Assembly: GCF_009914755.1 (NCBI RefSeq)
Contig: NC_060925.1
DNA from: the human T2T-CHM13v2.0 reference genome, Homo sapiens
Strand: one strand, 5' to 3'
Length of the DNA stretch: 64,000 bases
A program made the translations under genes and the position numbers. A model generated the notes under the pieces. The model saw only the letters and a list, made by a program, of their open reading frames with translations. It did not search any database and was not told the DNA's origin. Of the stretch, positions 1-12,955 are shown piece by piece; the stretch's first letter is position 1, and each line of letters opens with the position of its first letter.

Positions 1-2395
1 TCACATTTCACCATGAGATTTGGAGGGGACAGAACATCCAAATCATATCTTTCAGACCCTGGCTCCCTAAATTTCATGGTTTTCTCACATTGCAAAATAC
101 AACCATCTTTTCCCAATAGTCCCCAAAAGTCTTAGCTCATTCTAGCATCCACTCAATCAAAAGTCCAAAGTCTCATCTGAGACTCAAGGCAGGTTCCTTC
201 TATTTATGAGTCTGTAAAACCAAAAACAACCTATTTACTTCCAAGATACAATGGTGATACCAGTATTGGGTAAACATTCCACTCTGAAAGGGAGATACCA
301 GCCAAAAGAAAGGGACAACAGGCACCATGGAGTCTGAAACCCAGCAGGGCAATCCTTACCTCTTAAAGCTCCAAAACAATCTTTGACTCCATGTCCTGCA
401 TCCTGTGCACATTGATGCAAGAAGTGGGCTCTCAAGGCCTTGGACAGCTCCACCCCTGTGGTTTTACAGGGTGCAGCCCCTGTGGCTGCTCTCACAGGTT
501 GGAGTTAAGTGTCTGTGGCTTTTTCAGATTCAGGGTGCATGCTGCCAGTGGCTCTCCCATTCATGGGTCTAGAGGACAGCGGCCTCCTTCCCACAGCTCC
601 ACTAGCCAGTGCCCTAATGCAAACTCTGTGTGGGGGCTCCAATCCCACATTTCCCCTTGGCACTGTCCTAGTAAAGTCTCTCTGTGGGGGTTCTGTCCCT
701 GTGACAGGCTTCTGCCTGGGCACACAGGCTTTCTAATACATCCTCTGGAATCTAGGCGGGAGCTGGCAAAACTCCTTCATTCTTGCATTTTGCACACCTG
801 CAGGCTTAACACCATGTGGAAGCTACCAAGTCTTATAGTGACACCCTCCAAAGCAGCAGCCTGAGCTGCATCTTGGCCCCTTTGAGCCAAGGCTGCAGCT
901 TGAGTGACTAGGATGTGGGGAGCTGTATCCTCAGGCTACACAGAGTAGCAGGGCCCTGCACCTGGTGTCCAAAACCATTCTTTCCTCCTAGGCCTCTTGG
1001 CCTGTGATGGGAGGGCCTGCCTTAAAGATTTCAGAAATGCCTTTGAGACCTTTTTCCCATTGTCTTGGATATTAGCACTTGATTCCCTTTTAGTCATGCT
1101 AATCCCTCTAGCAAGTGCTTGCTCCACAGCCAGCTTGTGTTCCTCTTCTGAAAATGCTCTTTCCTTCTCTACCATCCAGGGTTGTAAGTTTGCAGAAGTT
1201 TTATGCTCTGCTTCCCTTTTAATTATAACTTCTAATTTTAAGTCATTATTTTGTTCTCACATCTGATAATAGGCTGTTAGAAGCAGCCATGTGCATCTTG
1301 AATGCTTTGCTGCTTAGAAATTCTGCCAGATACCCTAGGTCATCAGTCTTAAGTTCAACCTTCCCTAGCTCCTGGGCCCAGACACAATGCAGCCAAGTTC
1401 TTTAAGGCATAACAAGGATGACCTTTGTTCTAATTCTCAATAAATTCCTTATCCCCATGAGACCTCATCAGCCTGGCCTTCACTGGCCATATTTCTATCA
1501 GCATTTTGGTCAAAACCACTTAACAAATCTCTAAGAAGTTCCAAATCCCTCTCATCTTCCTGTCTTCTTCTTAGCCCTCAAGCTCTTCCAACCTCTGCCT
1601 GTTACCCAGTTCCAAAACTGCTTCCACATTTTCAGGTATCTTTATAGCAATGTCCTACTTTTTGGTACCAATTTTTTTGTTAGTCCATTTTCCATTGCTA
1701 TGAAGAAATACCTGAGGCTGGGTAATTCATAAAGAAAAGAGGTGTCTTTTGGCTCACAGTTCTGTAGGCTGTATAAGAAACATGGTGGCAGCAACTGCTC
1801 CTGGTAAGGCCTCGAGAATCTTCCAATCATGGTGGAAGGCAAAGTGGGAGCCAGTGTATCACATGGCAAGAAAGGGAGCAAGATAGAAGGGAGGAGGTGC
1901 CGGGTTCTTTGAAACAACCAGATGTCAGGTAAACTAATAGAATGAGAGCTCACTCATTACTGCAAGGACAGCACCAAGACATTCATGAGGGATCCATTCC
2001 CAAGACTCAAACACCTCCCACTAGGCCCACCTCCAACATTTCTTTCTTTCTTTTTTTTTTTTTTTTTGAGACAGAGTCTTGCCCTGTCACCCAGGCTGGA
2101 GTACAGTGGCATGATCTTGGCTCACTGCAACTTCCACCTCTTGGGTTCAAGTGATTCTCCTCCCTCAGCCTCCTGAGTAGTTGGGACTACAGGCACACGC
2201 CACCATGCCCAGCTAATTTTTTTGTATTTTTAGTAGAGATGGGATTTCACCATGTTGCCTAGGCTGGTCTAGATCCCTCAACCTTGTGATCTGCCTGACT
2301 CAGCCTCCCAAAGTGCTGGGGTTACAGGCATGAGCCACCACACCCGGCCTCTAACATTTCAACATAAGATTCCGATGGAGCAAAACATCCAAATT
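1..2395 (-). mobile_element. ERVL-MaLR provirus, MSTB-like: end of left (3') LTR 1-~50, MST-int ~51-1676, right (5') LTR ~1677-2395 interrupted by an Alu
   Basis: 1677-2040 is the reverse complement of an MSTB-type LTR (TTAGTCCATTTTCCATTGCTATGAAGAAATACCTGAGGCTGGGTAATT...ACACCTCCCACTAGGCCCACCTCCAACATT). The LTR terminus CATTTCA-CATGAGATTTGGAGGGGACA--ACATCCAAA occurs at 1-50 and, degenerate, at 2355-2395. The internal part resembles THE1/MST-int. Confidence 0.88.
2041..2349 (-). mobile_element. Alu (AluS-type) inserted in the MSTB LTR
   Basis: Poly-T tail, then GAGACAGAGTCTTGC...CACCCGGCC. TSD approximately TC(C/T)AACATTTC on both sides. Confidence 0.95.
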
Positions 2396-2539
2396 AGGCT
2401 AGAGTTTCAATTCTCTCTGGGGTGCATTGGTACAGACCCCTGTAAACAGCTCTATGTCATCTCTTCTGCCCATGGGTCTGTCTCCCGCTAGACTTAATGG
2501 CAACTTGAGAACAGACCATACCATATTCATCCTTATTTC

Positions 2540-4347
2540 TCCAATCTTAAAGAAAAAATCTTGACCCCACTTCCCTCTGTAGTTACCACCCATTTATTTC
2601 CTTCTTTATACAGCATAATGTCTCACACCATTGTCCATACTCATTGTTCCTCATGTGTTTCCTCACATTCTTTTTTGAACCCACTTCAGGCAGGCCTTAG
2701 CCCCCACTACCCCACCAGGAAGGTTGCAGTCTTTGACACAGCTGACCACTCTTTCCCCCTTGAAATTCTTTATCTCCTTGGTTTCCAGGACACCACCCTC
2801 CCCTGAGTTTGTCTCCACTCTCCTTCAATGTCTCCTTTGCTGGTTCCTTCTTGTTTCCCTGACCTCTAAAGATTGGAGCGCCCCCAATTTCAATCTCTGG
2901 ACCTCTTCTCTTTTCTTATCCACACTCACTCACATCTTAGGTGATCTCATTCAGTCTCATGGCTTTAAATACCATCTATATGCTAATGACTCCCAAATTT
3001 ATAACTTCTGCTCAGAATATTCTTTCCTGAATTCTACATTCTGTTATCCAACTATATAGTAGCACTCTCCACTAGGGTGTCTAAGAGATACCTGAAACTT
3101 AACATGTCAAAAAACAAGTTCCTGTTCTTTCCTCATGCCCCTCACCTGCTCCTACTGCTTTCTTTTCTGTCGCAACAGATGACACTGCCTTCATCCTTCC
3201 AGTTGTGCAGGCTGAGATCCCAGGCATCATCCTCGACTTTGCTCTTCCCATACCTCATGTCTAATCATCAATAAATCATGTCCATACTGTCTTCAAGAGA
3301 AATCCAGACCCCAGCTCTCATCCTAACCCAAGCCACTCTTCACGGATGGTTGAGCAGTCCCCCCCATGGCTCTCTGCCTTTGCCCCTTTCCCTTTGCCCT
3401 CTATCCTTGACATGGCAGCCAAAGTGTTCCTGTAAAAGCATAAGTCAGGCCATATCGTGATCATCCCTCTGCTCAAACCTTCCATTGGTAGCACATCTTA
3501 TTGATATTAAAAGCCCAGAGTCGGCTGGGAGCAGTGGCTCACTCCTATAATCCCAGCACTTTGGGAGGCCGAGGCAGGTGGATGACCTGAGGTCAGGAGT
3601 TAAAGACTAGCCTGGCCAACATGGTGAAACCCCGTCTCTACTACAAATACAAAAATTAGCCAGGTGTAGTGACATGTGCCTGTAATCCCAGCTATTCAGG
3701 AGGTTGAGGCATGAGAATCGCTTGAACCCAGGGGGCGGAGGTTGCATGAGTGGAGATGGTGCCACTGCACTCCAGCCTGGGCAACAGAGCGAGATTTCAT
3801 CTTAAAAAAAAAAAAAAAAGAAAAAAAGAAAGAAAGAAAAAGAAAAGCCCAGATCTCTACAGTGACCTCTATGGCTGCTAATTGCCGTTCTAACCACTGC
3901 CTTTCTGATCATTTACTATTCTCCTCACCCTCTGGGCTTGAGACATCTCCTGGTCTTTGCTGTTACTCAAACACATTAAATGTGCTCCTACTTCACAGAC
4001 TTCACATTTGCTGTGGCCTCTCTAGAATACTTTCTCCAGATTTCTGGATGTCTAACTCCCTCACGTCCTTTAAGTTGTTATTAAATGTCACCTTTTCAGT
4101 GAGGCTTTTCCTGGTAAACCCTTCCCACCTCCCAATATGTTCTTTCCCCACTTTCTTCTTAGTCCCCTTAGTACTTAATATTACCTAACATAGTATGCAT
4201 TTTACTTATTTATAATATTAACTGTTTATTTCCCTTTCATAAAGTCAGAGATTTGGGGGATTCTGCTTTTATCACTGCTGTTTCTTCCGTGCCTAGCACA
4301 ATACTGAGCACGTAGTAGGCACTCAATAAGTGAATGAATGAATGAAT
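2540..4347 (+). mobile_element. LINE-2 (L2a-like) 3' portion with degenerate reverse transcriptase remnant, split by an Alu
   Basis: ORF 2724-3059 contains LGDLIQSHGFKYHLYANDSQIY (RT YADD motif decayed to YAND). Typical L2 3' end CCTAGCACA...GTAGGCACTCAATAAGTGAATGAATGAATGAAT at ~4290-4347. Confidence 0.88.
3523..3842 (+). mobile_element. Alu (AluSx-type)
   Basis: Full dimer with A/AAAG tail. TSD AAAAGCCCAGA at 3509 and 3843. Confidence 0.95.
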
Positions 4348-5189
4348 CTTTGTGGCTTTACACGTACCTCCTTTGTAAACATTTGTTGAACTGAACAAAT
4401 TCTCCAAAGTCCACCACAGAGTGGTGTTTCTTTATTGGCAGCAAGCACTGCAAATTTTCCAAGCATCAGACGCTACTCCATTCACATGTAAATACAGAAA
4501 CATAGCCCCTAGCCAGAGAGAAATTGCTTCTGTGTTCTCTCTTATATGTTGATTGCCTAGGCCTCTGTCCCATCCATCAGAGAGAAGAACAGACAGTTGA
4601 CTGGAATGTGGTTCACTTACAAATAGAAGAAATGACTGGAAAACCAGCTACTTGATGAGCAAAGTTCTGGAAAATGCTCTGTTCAGAAGGAGAGAGGCAG
4701 TTTCTTGCTCACCTGGGAGGAAATTTTTGGTTTATTGTGTTTCTCTCCAAAGTTATAGCTTTCCAATCCTGCCAGAAGCCACCAAGGGAGCACTGCCTTT
4801 CAGAGTGGGGCTTCCAATTCTGAAAAATTAATTTTAAATAGAGACACATTACACCTCCCCACAGAACACTTAGCAAGAAAGTGCTACTTAGACTGGGCTT
4901 GGCTGCCAAGACTGCTCAAGCTGGGGTACTGATGGTAGGTGGCTCTTTGTCCCCTAGCCCATCCCCATAGGCCCAGCCCTGGCCTGGCTCCCAGCTCCTC
5001 CTCCCTTCCTGAATGTATACCCACAGTTCTGCCTTCTCTTTTGCCCCTCATCAGTGATTTAAATTCCACGAACATTTATTAAATGTCTGCTTTTTTGCCT
5101 TGCACTGTGCTAGGTACAGGGAAAGAGTACGAAGCAGAATGAATGTTTCATCATTTCATTCATTAGCACTGAAAAAGATACATTTTAGA

Positions 5190-5428
5190 GGCTGGGCATA
5201 GTAGCTCATGCCTGTAATCCCAGCACATTGGGAGGCCAAGGCGGGAGGATCACTTAAGGTCAGGGGTTCGAGACCAGCCTAGCCAAGAGAGTGAAACTCC
5301 ATCTCTACTAAAAATACAAAAATTATCCGGGTGTGGTAGTGCCCACCTGTAGTCCCAGCTACTTGGGAGGCTGAGACAGGAGAACCTGGGAGGTGGAGGT
5401 TGCAGTGAGCTGAGATCATATCACCACT
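5190..5428 (+). mobile_element. Alu, 3'-truncated (no poly-A tail)
   Basis: Left arm and most of right arm, ending abruptly after GAGCTGAGATCATATCACCACT. Confidence 0.9.
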
Positions 5429-5534
5429 TCCCCTTTCTCCCTACATAATGAGTTCTAGACCACCGGGCTACTTATTGCCTACCTCCCCTCTCCCCATTAC
5501 CATATTCCAGCTTCCACATCTTTCTTTCTGCCCA

Positions 5535-5630
5535 AATTTTTGACCTACAAAACTGTGAGCAAGTAAATGTATATTGTTTTAAGCTGTTATATTTGTGACA
5601 TTTTGTTACACAGCAGTGATAACTACTACA
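5535..5630 (+). mobile_element. MLT1-type MaLR LTR 3' fragment
   Basis: TGACCTACAAAACTGTGAG...TTGTTTTAAGCTGTTATATTTGTGACATTTTGTTACACAGCAGTGATAACTACTACA resembles MLT1 3' termini. Confidence 0.7.
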
Positions 5631-5975
5631 AACAGGAAAAAAAAATTGGCCTTTAAGGTTTACTTCTAATCTTAGCCCTTTAACTCAGTGATATCACCAG
5701 TCCCAGAGATCTTGAACCAGTAAAGCAGTATCCAAGAAATGTGCCTGGTCTGAGTTTCCGTAGGATCTTTTTCATATAGAAGACTCCTCAGAGCAGAGCA
5801 GCCATATCTTTCCCATCAATTTGAAACACCCAATGCCAGAGACCACATCTCCTGTACTTTTGGATCCTTTCTGCTGTCCCTTCTGCCTTCCCCTCAGGCC
5901 CTGATATTTCCCAGGTGTTAGGAAGCCTTGGTGGATTAAAGTTTTCAAGATACTCCTCTTAAGAGGACAGGCATA

Positions 5976-6370
5976 GGAAACAACCCAAGTGTCTGTCTAT
6001 CGGGGATTGTTTAAATAAATCATTTTACATCCACATATTGAAATACTATGCAGTTATTACAGAAAAAAAGTGAAGCCATCTGTATAGATATGGGGAAACC
6101 TCCTGGATATATGGTTAAGTGAAAAATGCAAAGGGTAAATCAGTGAATACTAGCATTTGTATAAGAAAGGAGGAATATACATATATGCATTTGCATGGGC
6201 TTCTATTTGCATAAAGAAACACTGGGAAGACACAGCAGAAGCTAATTAAACCTACTCCCTGTAAGGGGTGGGGTTGGAGAAGAAACGGGGCAGGTGGAGG
6301 TGGTAAGAAGAAGACTCCTCTATGTTTTCAGTTTTGTGTCATTTTTTGGAAACTTTGAACTAGTCAAAAT
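5976..6370 (+). mobile_element. Ancient L1 (L1M/L1ME-type) 3' fragment
   Basis: GGAAACAACCCAAGTGTCTGTCTATCGGGGATTG...TACATCCACAT..TGAAATACTATGCAG...GTTAAGTGAAAAA is typical of old L1 3' ends. Confidence 0.75.
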
Positions 6371-6720
6371 ATATTATTTAAAGGCACTGAAACACTGGGG
6401 GCGGGAGGGGGACGGGAAGAGATTTCTAAAGGACCAAAGAAACTGAAGAGCTATGATTCTACAATAGGCAGCCCCCACATCACAGAGTAAGAAGCCAGAG
6501 GCCAGCTTTGCTCTTAGGAGCAGGAAGTTGGTAACCCTATGTGCTAGGTTATACTTGCCAGCTTACTTGGGCCTGTGTGGCCAGGTAGTTCTGAGAGGGC
6601 CTGAATGTGGAGGGAAAAGTGGAAAAGGTGTTAGGGTGTGTTGGTGCATGTCACAGCATCCAGTCTAAGGAAATCCTATGACCTGCAGGATTTGGTGGCA
6701 GAATGTCTAGACATATAAGG

Positions 6721-7022
6721 CGTTATGGGCTGAATTGGGTCTCCCAGAATTCATATGTTGAAGTCCTAACCCCAGTATCTCAGAATTGACTATATTTGGG
6801 GATAGAGTCTTTAAGTTAAAATGAGGTCATTAAAGTGGGTCCTAATCTAACTGATGTTCTTATAAGAAGAGGAAATTAGGACACAGGTATGCATAGAGGG
6901 AAGAACGTGTGAGGACACAGCGAGAAGAGGCTGTCTATAAGTCAAGGAGGCCTCAGAAGGAACTAGCCCTGCCAACACCTTGACCTGGAACTTCCAGCCT
7001 CCAGAGCTAGGGGAAAATCAAC
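6721..7022 (+). mobile_element. MLT1B-like MaLR LTR, 5' ~300 bp
   Basis: GTTATGGGCTGAATT...CATATGTTGAAGTCCTAACCCCCAGTA...CTTATAAGAAGAGGAAATT...CCTGCCAACACCTTGA..GGAACTTCCAGCCTCCAGA. The 3' end is missing here (see 7275-7339). Confidence 0.85.
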
Positions 7023-7118
7023 TTTTTTGTTTGTTTGTTTGTTTTTGTTTTTTTGAGACAGAGTCTTGCTCTGTCACCCAGGCTGGTGTGCAATGACATG
7101 CGTGAGCCGCGCCTGGCC
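7023..7118 (-). mobile_element. Internally deleted chimeric Alu remnant (tail + ~46 nt of 3' end fused to ~18 nt of 5' end)
   Basis: T-rich tail and GAGACAGAGTCTTGCTCTGTCACCCAGGCTGGTGTGCAATGACATG joined directly to CGTGAGCCGCGCCTGGCC. Confidence 0.85.
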
Positions 7119-7228
7119 CCGAGCTCCTCTTTTCAAAGCACCCACCCTTTTCATTTTGTCACAGGATCCCCTGAGCTGTGCTTCCCCAGTGCCATCCCAA
7201 TACCACCCACCTCTGTCCTCCAAGCTCA

Positions 7229-7650
<422 letters not shown>

Positions 7651-7819
7651 CTAGGAACTTTGTGTATGAAGGGGGGTTGCAGAAGACAGAAAGTTTCATT
7701 TCTCTCCCTTAAAATCTCATTTTCCCCTGGGCCAGCCCATTTTCCCCAGGGCCACACTCTCAATGTGCCTCTGTTCTGTTCAGGGAGCAGAAGGTTTGGC
7801 TCCAAGGAGAGTGTAGAAC

Positions 7820-8400
7820 TGCCCCCGCCCCTCCCCGCCATCTGACAGCCCATTGTGTCCACAGAGTTGGGTGGAGTGATTCCGAGGGGAAAAATTCCCT
7901 CCTGCTCCGGGAAGTCCACTGGGTCCCCCGGCTCCTCGGTGCTAACTGGGGGCAAGGGGTGGGCGGCTCTGAGGCTGGAGAGGGGCAACAGTCTGGGGGC
8001 TGCAGGCCAGGGATTTGCAGCGGCCTCAGCTGGCGGGGCCTCCTCCCCTGCTTTCGCCACCCGGCGCCTCGCCCCTCGACCCCGCGGCAGCTGGGCCCGG
8101 GCGCTCTGCTTCCCTCGGCCCTTTGTGGCTCTAGTTTATTTTCCAGTTAATGAAATGGGAGACTGAGTCCCTGCCGCTGCCCCTGGAGACGCCGGAGTTC
8201 TGAAGGCATCTCCTCCGCGAGACTCCAGCCTGCTTCCCTGTCCCCTTCCGCCGCCCCAGGCTGCCGTTGGGTCACACCTGCCGAGCATCCGCTCCACACA
8301 GGGCCTCAGTCCGCCGGCAGGGAGCGACTGCGATAGGGCCTGGGCCGAGGCCGGTGTTTGCTGGTGTGGGAGGGAAAGCCCTGCGGCCTGGAGGTCTAAC
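7820..8400. promoter_or_regulatory. Small CpG/GC-rich island ~14.5 kb upstream of KIRREL1 (candidate enhancer or lncRNA promoter)
   Basis: Non-repetitive, GC-rich sequence with many CpGs (e.g. CGCCACCCGGCGCCTCGCCCCTCGACCCCGCGG), unlike its flanks. Confidence 0.6.
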
Positions 8401-8559
8401 TCTGCCATTTGCCCGCTGTGCATCGCCCAGCAAGTCACTCAACACCTCTGAGCCTTTGCTGCACCCTCTGTAAGACATGCCTAGTAAGTGGGACATTGCT
8501 CTTCCTTCTGGAGTCAGGGAAGATGAGGGAGACAGATAGAGGAAACAAGCTTTGCAGCC

Positions 8560-8750
8560 TCCCAGCTGAATAACCGTGGGCAAGTTACCTAGCATTTCTG
8601 GGACTTCAGTTCCTTCACATGTAAAATGGAGACAACATAGTCATAGAGGAGTAAATGAGAGAACTCATGTAAAGCCTTGGGACAGTGCTGATGCATAGCA
8701 AACTGTCAGGAAAGGTGAAACCATTGTTGTTATTGTAGTTATTATTATTA
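8560..8750 (+). mobile_element. MIR SINE
   Basis: GGGCAAGTTACCTAGCATTTCTGGGACTTCAGTTCCTTCACATGTAAAATGGAGA core. Confidence 0.75.
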
Positions 8751-8787
8751 TTATTATTCAACACTACCTTAATAAAATACCAATGCT

Positions 8788-9220
<433 letters not shown>

Positions 9221-9530
9221 TTATTTTTAAAATGCGAAGAGGAATCATAACAAGTTGCAAATTAAAGAGTTGGCAAATCAAAAATCATTTAGAATCCAGA
9301 AAAATAACATAGTAATTTATATTAATTAACTGCCTAGCACATTTACATAGTATTTTTTTACTTTTTCTGGCAGCATGCTCTTTGATGGATTCTTCATAAT
9401 GATTTTGTCATTTTTTTATAGAGAGAGCAGAAAGATAATTTAGTTTTCCTCTAGCATGTTTGATGAAAATTTTTATTATTATTATTATTGATAGTATGTA
9501 AAAATGTGTTTCAACGTTAAAATTTTGTGA

Positions 9531-9842
9531 GGCCGGGCGCGGTGGCTCACACCTGTAATCCCAGCACTTTGGGAGGCCAAGGCGGGCAGATCATGACGTC
9601 AGGAGTTCAAGTCCAACTTGGCGAACATGGTGAACCCCATCTCTACTAAAAATACAAAAAAAATTAGCCAGGTGTGATGACACACACCTGTAATCCCAGC
9701 TACTGGGGAGTCTGAGGCAGGAGTATCACTTGAACCCAGGAAGCAGAGGTTGCCATGAGCCAAGATCATGCCACTGCACTCCAGCCTGGGCGACAGAGCA
9801 AGACTCCATTTAGAGAAAAATAAATAAACAAATAAATAAAAA
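9531..9842 (+). mobile_element. Alu (AluSg-like)
   Basis: Full dimer with (TAAA)n tail. Confidence 0.93.
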
Positions 9843-9877
9843 TTGCTCTTGGTAATACCACATATAATTTTAGGGTA

Positions 9878-10040
9878 GGCCAGGAATGGTGGCTCACACC
9901 TGCAATCCCAGAATTTTGGGAGGCTGAGGCGGGAGGATCACTTGAGCCCAGTAGTTTAAGGCTGCAGTGAACTGTGATTGTGCCGCTGCGCTCTATCCTG
10001 GACAATAGCAAGACTCTGTTTCTATTAAGAAAAAAAGAAA
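9878..10040 (+). mobile_element. Monomeric Alu (FRAM/AluJ-derived)
   Basis: Single arm ...GGATCACTTGAGCCCAGTAGTTTAAGGCTGCAGTGAACTGTGATTGTGCC... with A tail. Confidence 0.85.
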
Positions 10041-10820
10041 TTAGGATTGTCAGATTTGAAAAAGAAAGCTATGCAAATTTTTTTTCATAATAGAGCTGTA
10101 AGATTTCAGGACAGTTCAGTCTTTCTTTTGTAGTAACTAATCTTAAATACTTGTTATAAAGGATAATAGTCAGTCAGTTTGTCCTAGATGTAGTGGTCTA
10201 TTATGAAGTTTATGAATGTTATTTTTATCAACCCACCAAGAAATTTAGAACTTTTTGCAGTGTATTCCTATGAATTACTCTTCTTCATTAATTGAATTAT
10301 TAAACAATCCAAGATCTTATTAGAAATCTATCTCTTCCTCTTACTGCAGTATCTCTTTGAGGATAATCTGAGTTTTATGTTACAATTCACTTCTTAATGT
10401 CAGAATAATTTCTATCTAACAATTTTATATAAAAATCAATGGGGAACATTTTTGTATGGTATGTTTATAATTGTATATCCCACCTTATTAAACATATTCC
10501 TGAGGGGAAAAACTTCCATTTTGATAAAGCACCAGTGAGAACCCAATCCACTGCTTGCAATGTTACATGACTAGTGATTAGGAGAATTTTCCATGGACTG
10601 GCTTCTGGCTTCATACAGTTCAAATACTACTTCCAGGTCCAGGCACTAGAGGACATGTTCTTGCTACCATGACCCTCAGGTTCTGAATCTTTATGTCATG
10701 ATGATACCTGAATCAGTCAGCTCAATGGCTGTAGGAATATTCCTGGAAGCCATTCCTATACCAGAAGTTAGCAACAACTATACATGCAGGTGATCATGGG
10801 CCACATCACATACCCCTTTA

Positions 10821-11246
<426 letters not shown>

Positions 11247-12794
11247 CTAAATGTATTTTCAACTCAATTTCCACTTAGGCAGACCCCCAAAACACCCATG
11301 GTTCCTTCCCCACCTAATATGAGGGGAGGGGGGGCAGAGAGAAAATTATAATGGAAAGAGACATCAGACTTAATGAACTGTAGTTACAATATCTTACTCT
11401 TGCATCTTTTATGCAGAACCACGTGAACATACTAGCAGGGTGCCTCCCAGGGCCTTAGGAGGGCCCTGAATGAGTGAGCTTCATTAACTTTATGATAAGT
11501 CTGCCTCCGGTTGTAGACTCCATAATTTCAAGGGCTGTAGAGGTCTCTCTAGTACACCTCCAAAATGCCTCCTTATCAAGTATAAGGGTGTCTATAATTA
11601 CACTGTCAGAAATGTATTCCCTTGGTTACAGCATTGTGCCAATGCTAGCTCTCTTATAAAATACGCTTTGGTAGGGGGTATGAGGGGAGGCAGGATAGGG
11701 AGTTCCTCACATTTTAGTATGAATGCATTCACCAGGAGATGTTTAGAACTGTAGGAGAATTCTCACGGTTGTAGAATAAAGTATCAAGAAAGAGAGACCG
11801 TATCACCAAAGGCAAACTTTCTTTACTTCACATTTTGTGTGTAAAGTGGATGTGCTGCGTCCTACAGCCAAATATGGGATTACAAGTGGCCTATGTGAGG
11901 AGATAGAGTGAAAGAGAACCCATCTAGCATACAGCATTATTTTTAGTCACTTTTCAATTATGAGCAATAATAGAAAATAATTATTAATAGTATTAATAGC
12001 AATTTCTCAACAAAATCACTTTGCTTGGTAAGTATTTTGGATTTTATTGAGTGCTTTAAGCTGCGTGTTGGTGACTTAGTTCAGGCTGAATTGGAGAGAC
12101 ATAATTTTTCTAACTTCCTTTGGCTTGCTTCCCCCGCTGCCCTCTGTCCACACTGCCCAACCTCAGCTTAAGAGATCCTGACTCAGGGACCAGCCTAGCT
12201 GAACTCTCCCTACACCTACCCCATCCACCTTGGGTGATTTCCAGGCCACACTTTCCATGAGCTGAGCACTTGGTGATGTGTTTGTGAGAAGGAGAATCTC
12301 AGTCCACCTTGCTTCTCTCTCCATTTAGACTCTAAACAGAGGTAGGGGTAAAATCATCTAAGAAAATCCAGGGTCAGAGGAGTGGAGACTGAAGAGGAGA
12401 GCCCTTGTTGTGAGCAGCGAGCGGCTGGCAGGTGAGTGTTTATCTCTCTCTGAGCTGACTCTGAGCTTTCTTTTCCCTATGTAAATGAAGCAAGGGAGGT
12501 GAAGGCCCCCAGAATACAGACAGGGCCTGGGCTGCCTTTTTCATAGCAGCCATTCTCTGAAAAGTTTCTTCAAAAACTCCACTTTGATAACCCCAGTGCC
12601 TGAGCGAGCCGCATTGGAACTCTCTGTGAAGAGGCAGGCTCTCAGCTGGCTGTGTGCAGTGTCTTTGAGAAGAGAATACAAACCCTGGGATATTGGATAG
12701 AAATTAGGCTGTGGAACACACAGCCCAAGGTCTCCAGGAATAGAAGAAACATGATGGAGTTTGACACACTGGGTGAGCATCCTGTGGTCACATT

Positions 12795-12955
12795 CACATA
12801 CTGTGTGCCTTTGGGCAAGCTGCTTAACCTCTCTCTGCCACTATTCCCCTATACAGAAGTGGGAATGATAATGCCTATCTTGTCATTGTGAAGATTGAAA
12901 CTAATGCCCATAGCATGTTCAGCATAGTGTCAGACATGTTGGAGATGCTCAAGGA
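12795..12955 (+). mobile_element. MIR SINE
   Basis: CTGTGTGCCTTTGGGCAAGCTGCTTAACCTCTCTCTGCC core. Confidence 0.75.

Noticed and set aside
235-1953. Several 70-157 aa ORFs at the window start
   Set aside because: They lie in MaLR internal/LTR sequence and are fragmented remnants, not host genes.
2724-3059. ORF with an RT-like YAND motif
   Set aside because: Decayed LINE-2 ORF2 with a mutated catalytic motif and disrupted frames; not an active or novel reverse transcriptase system.
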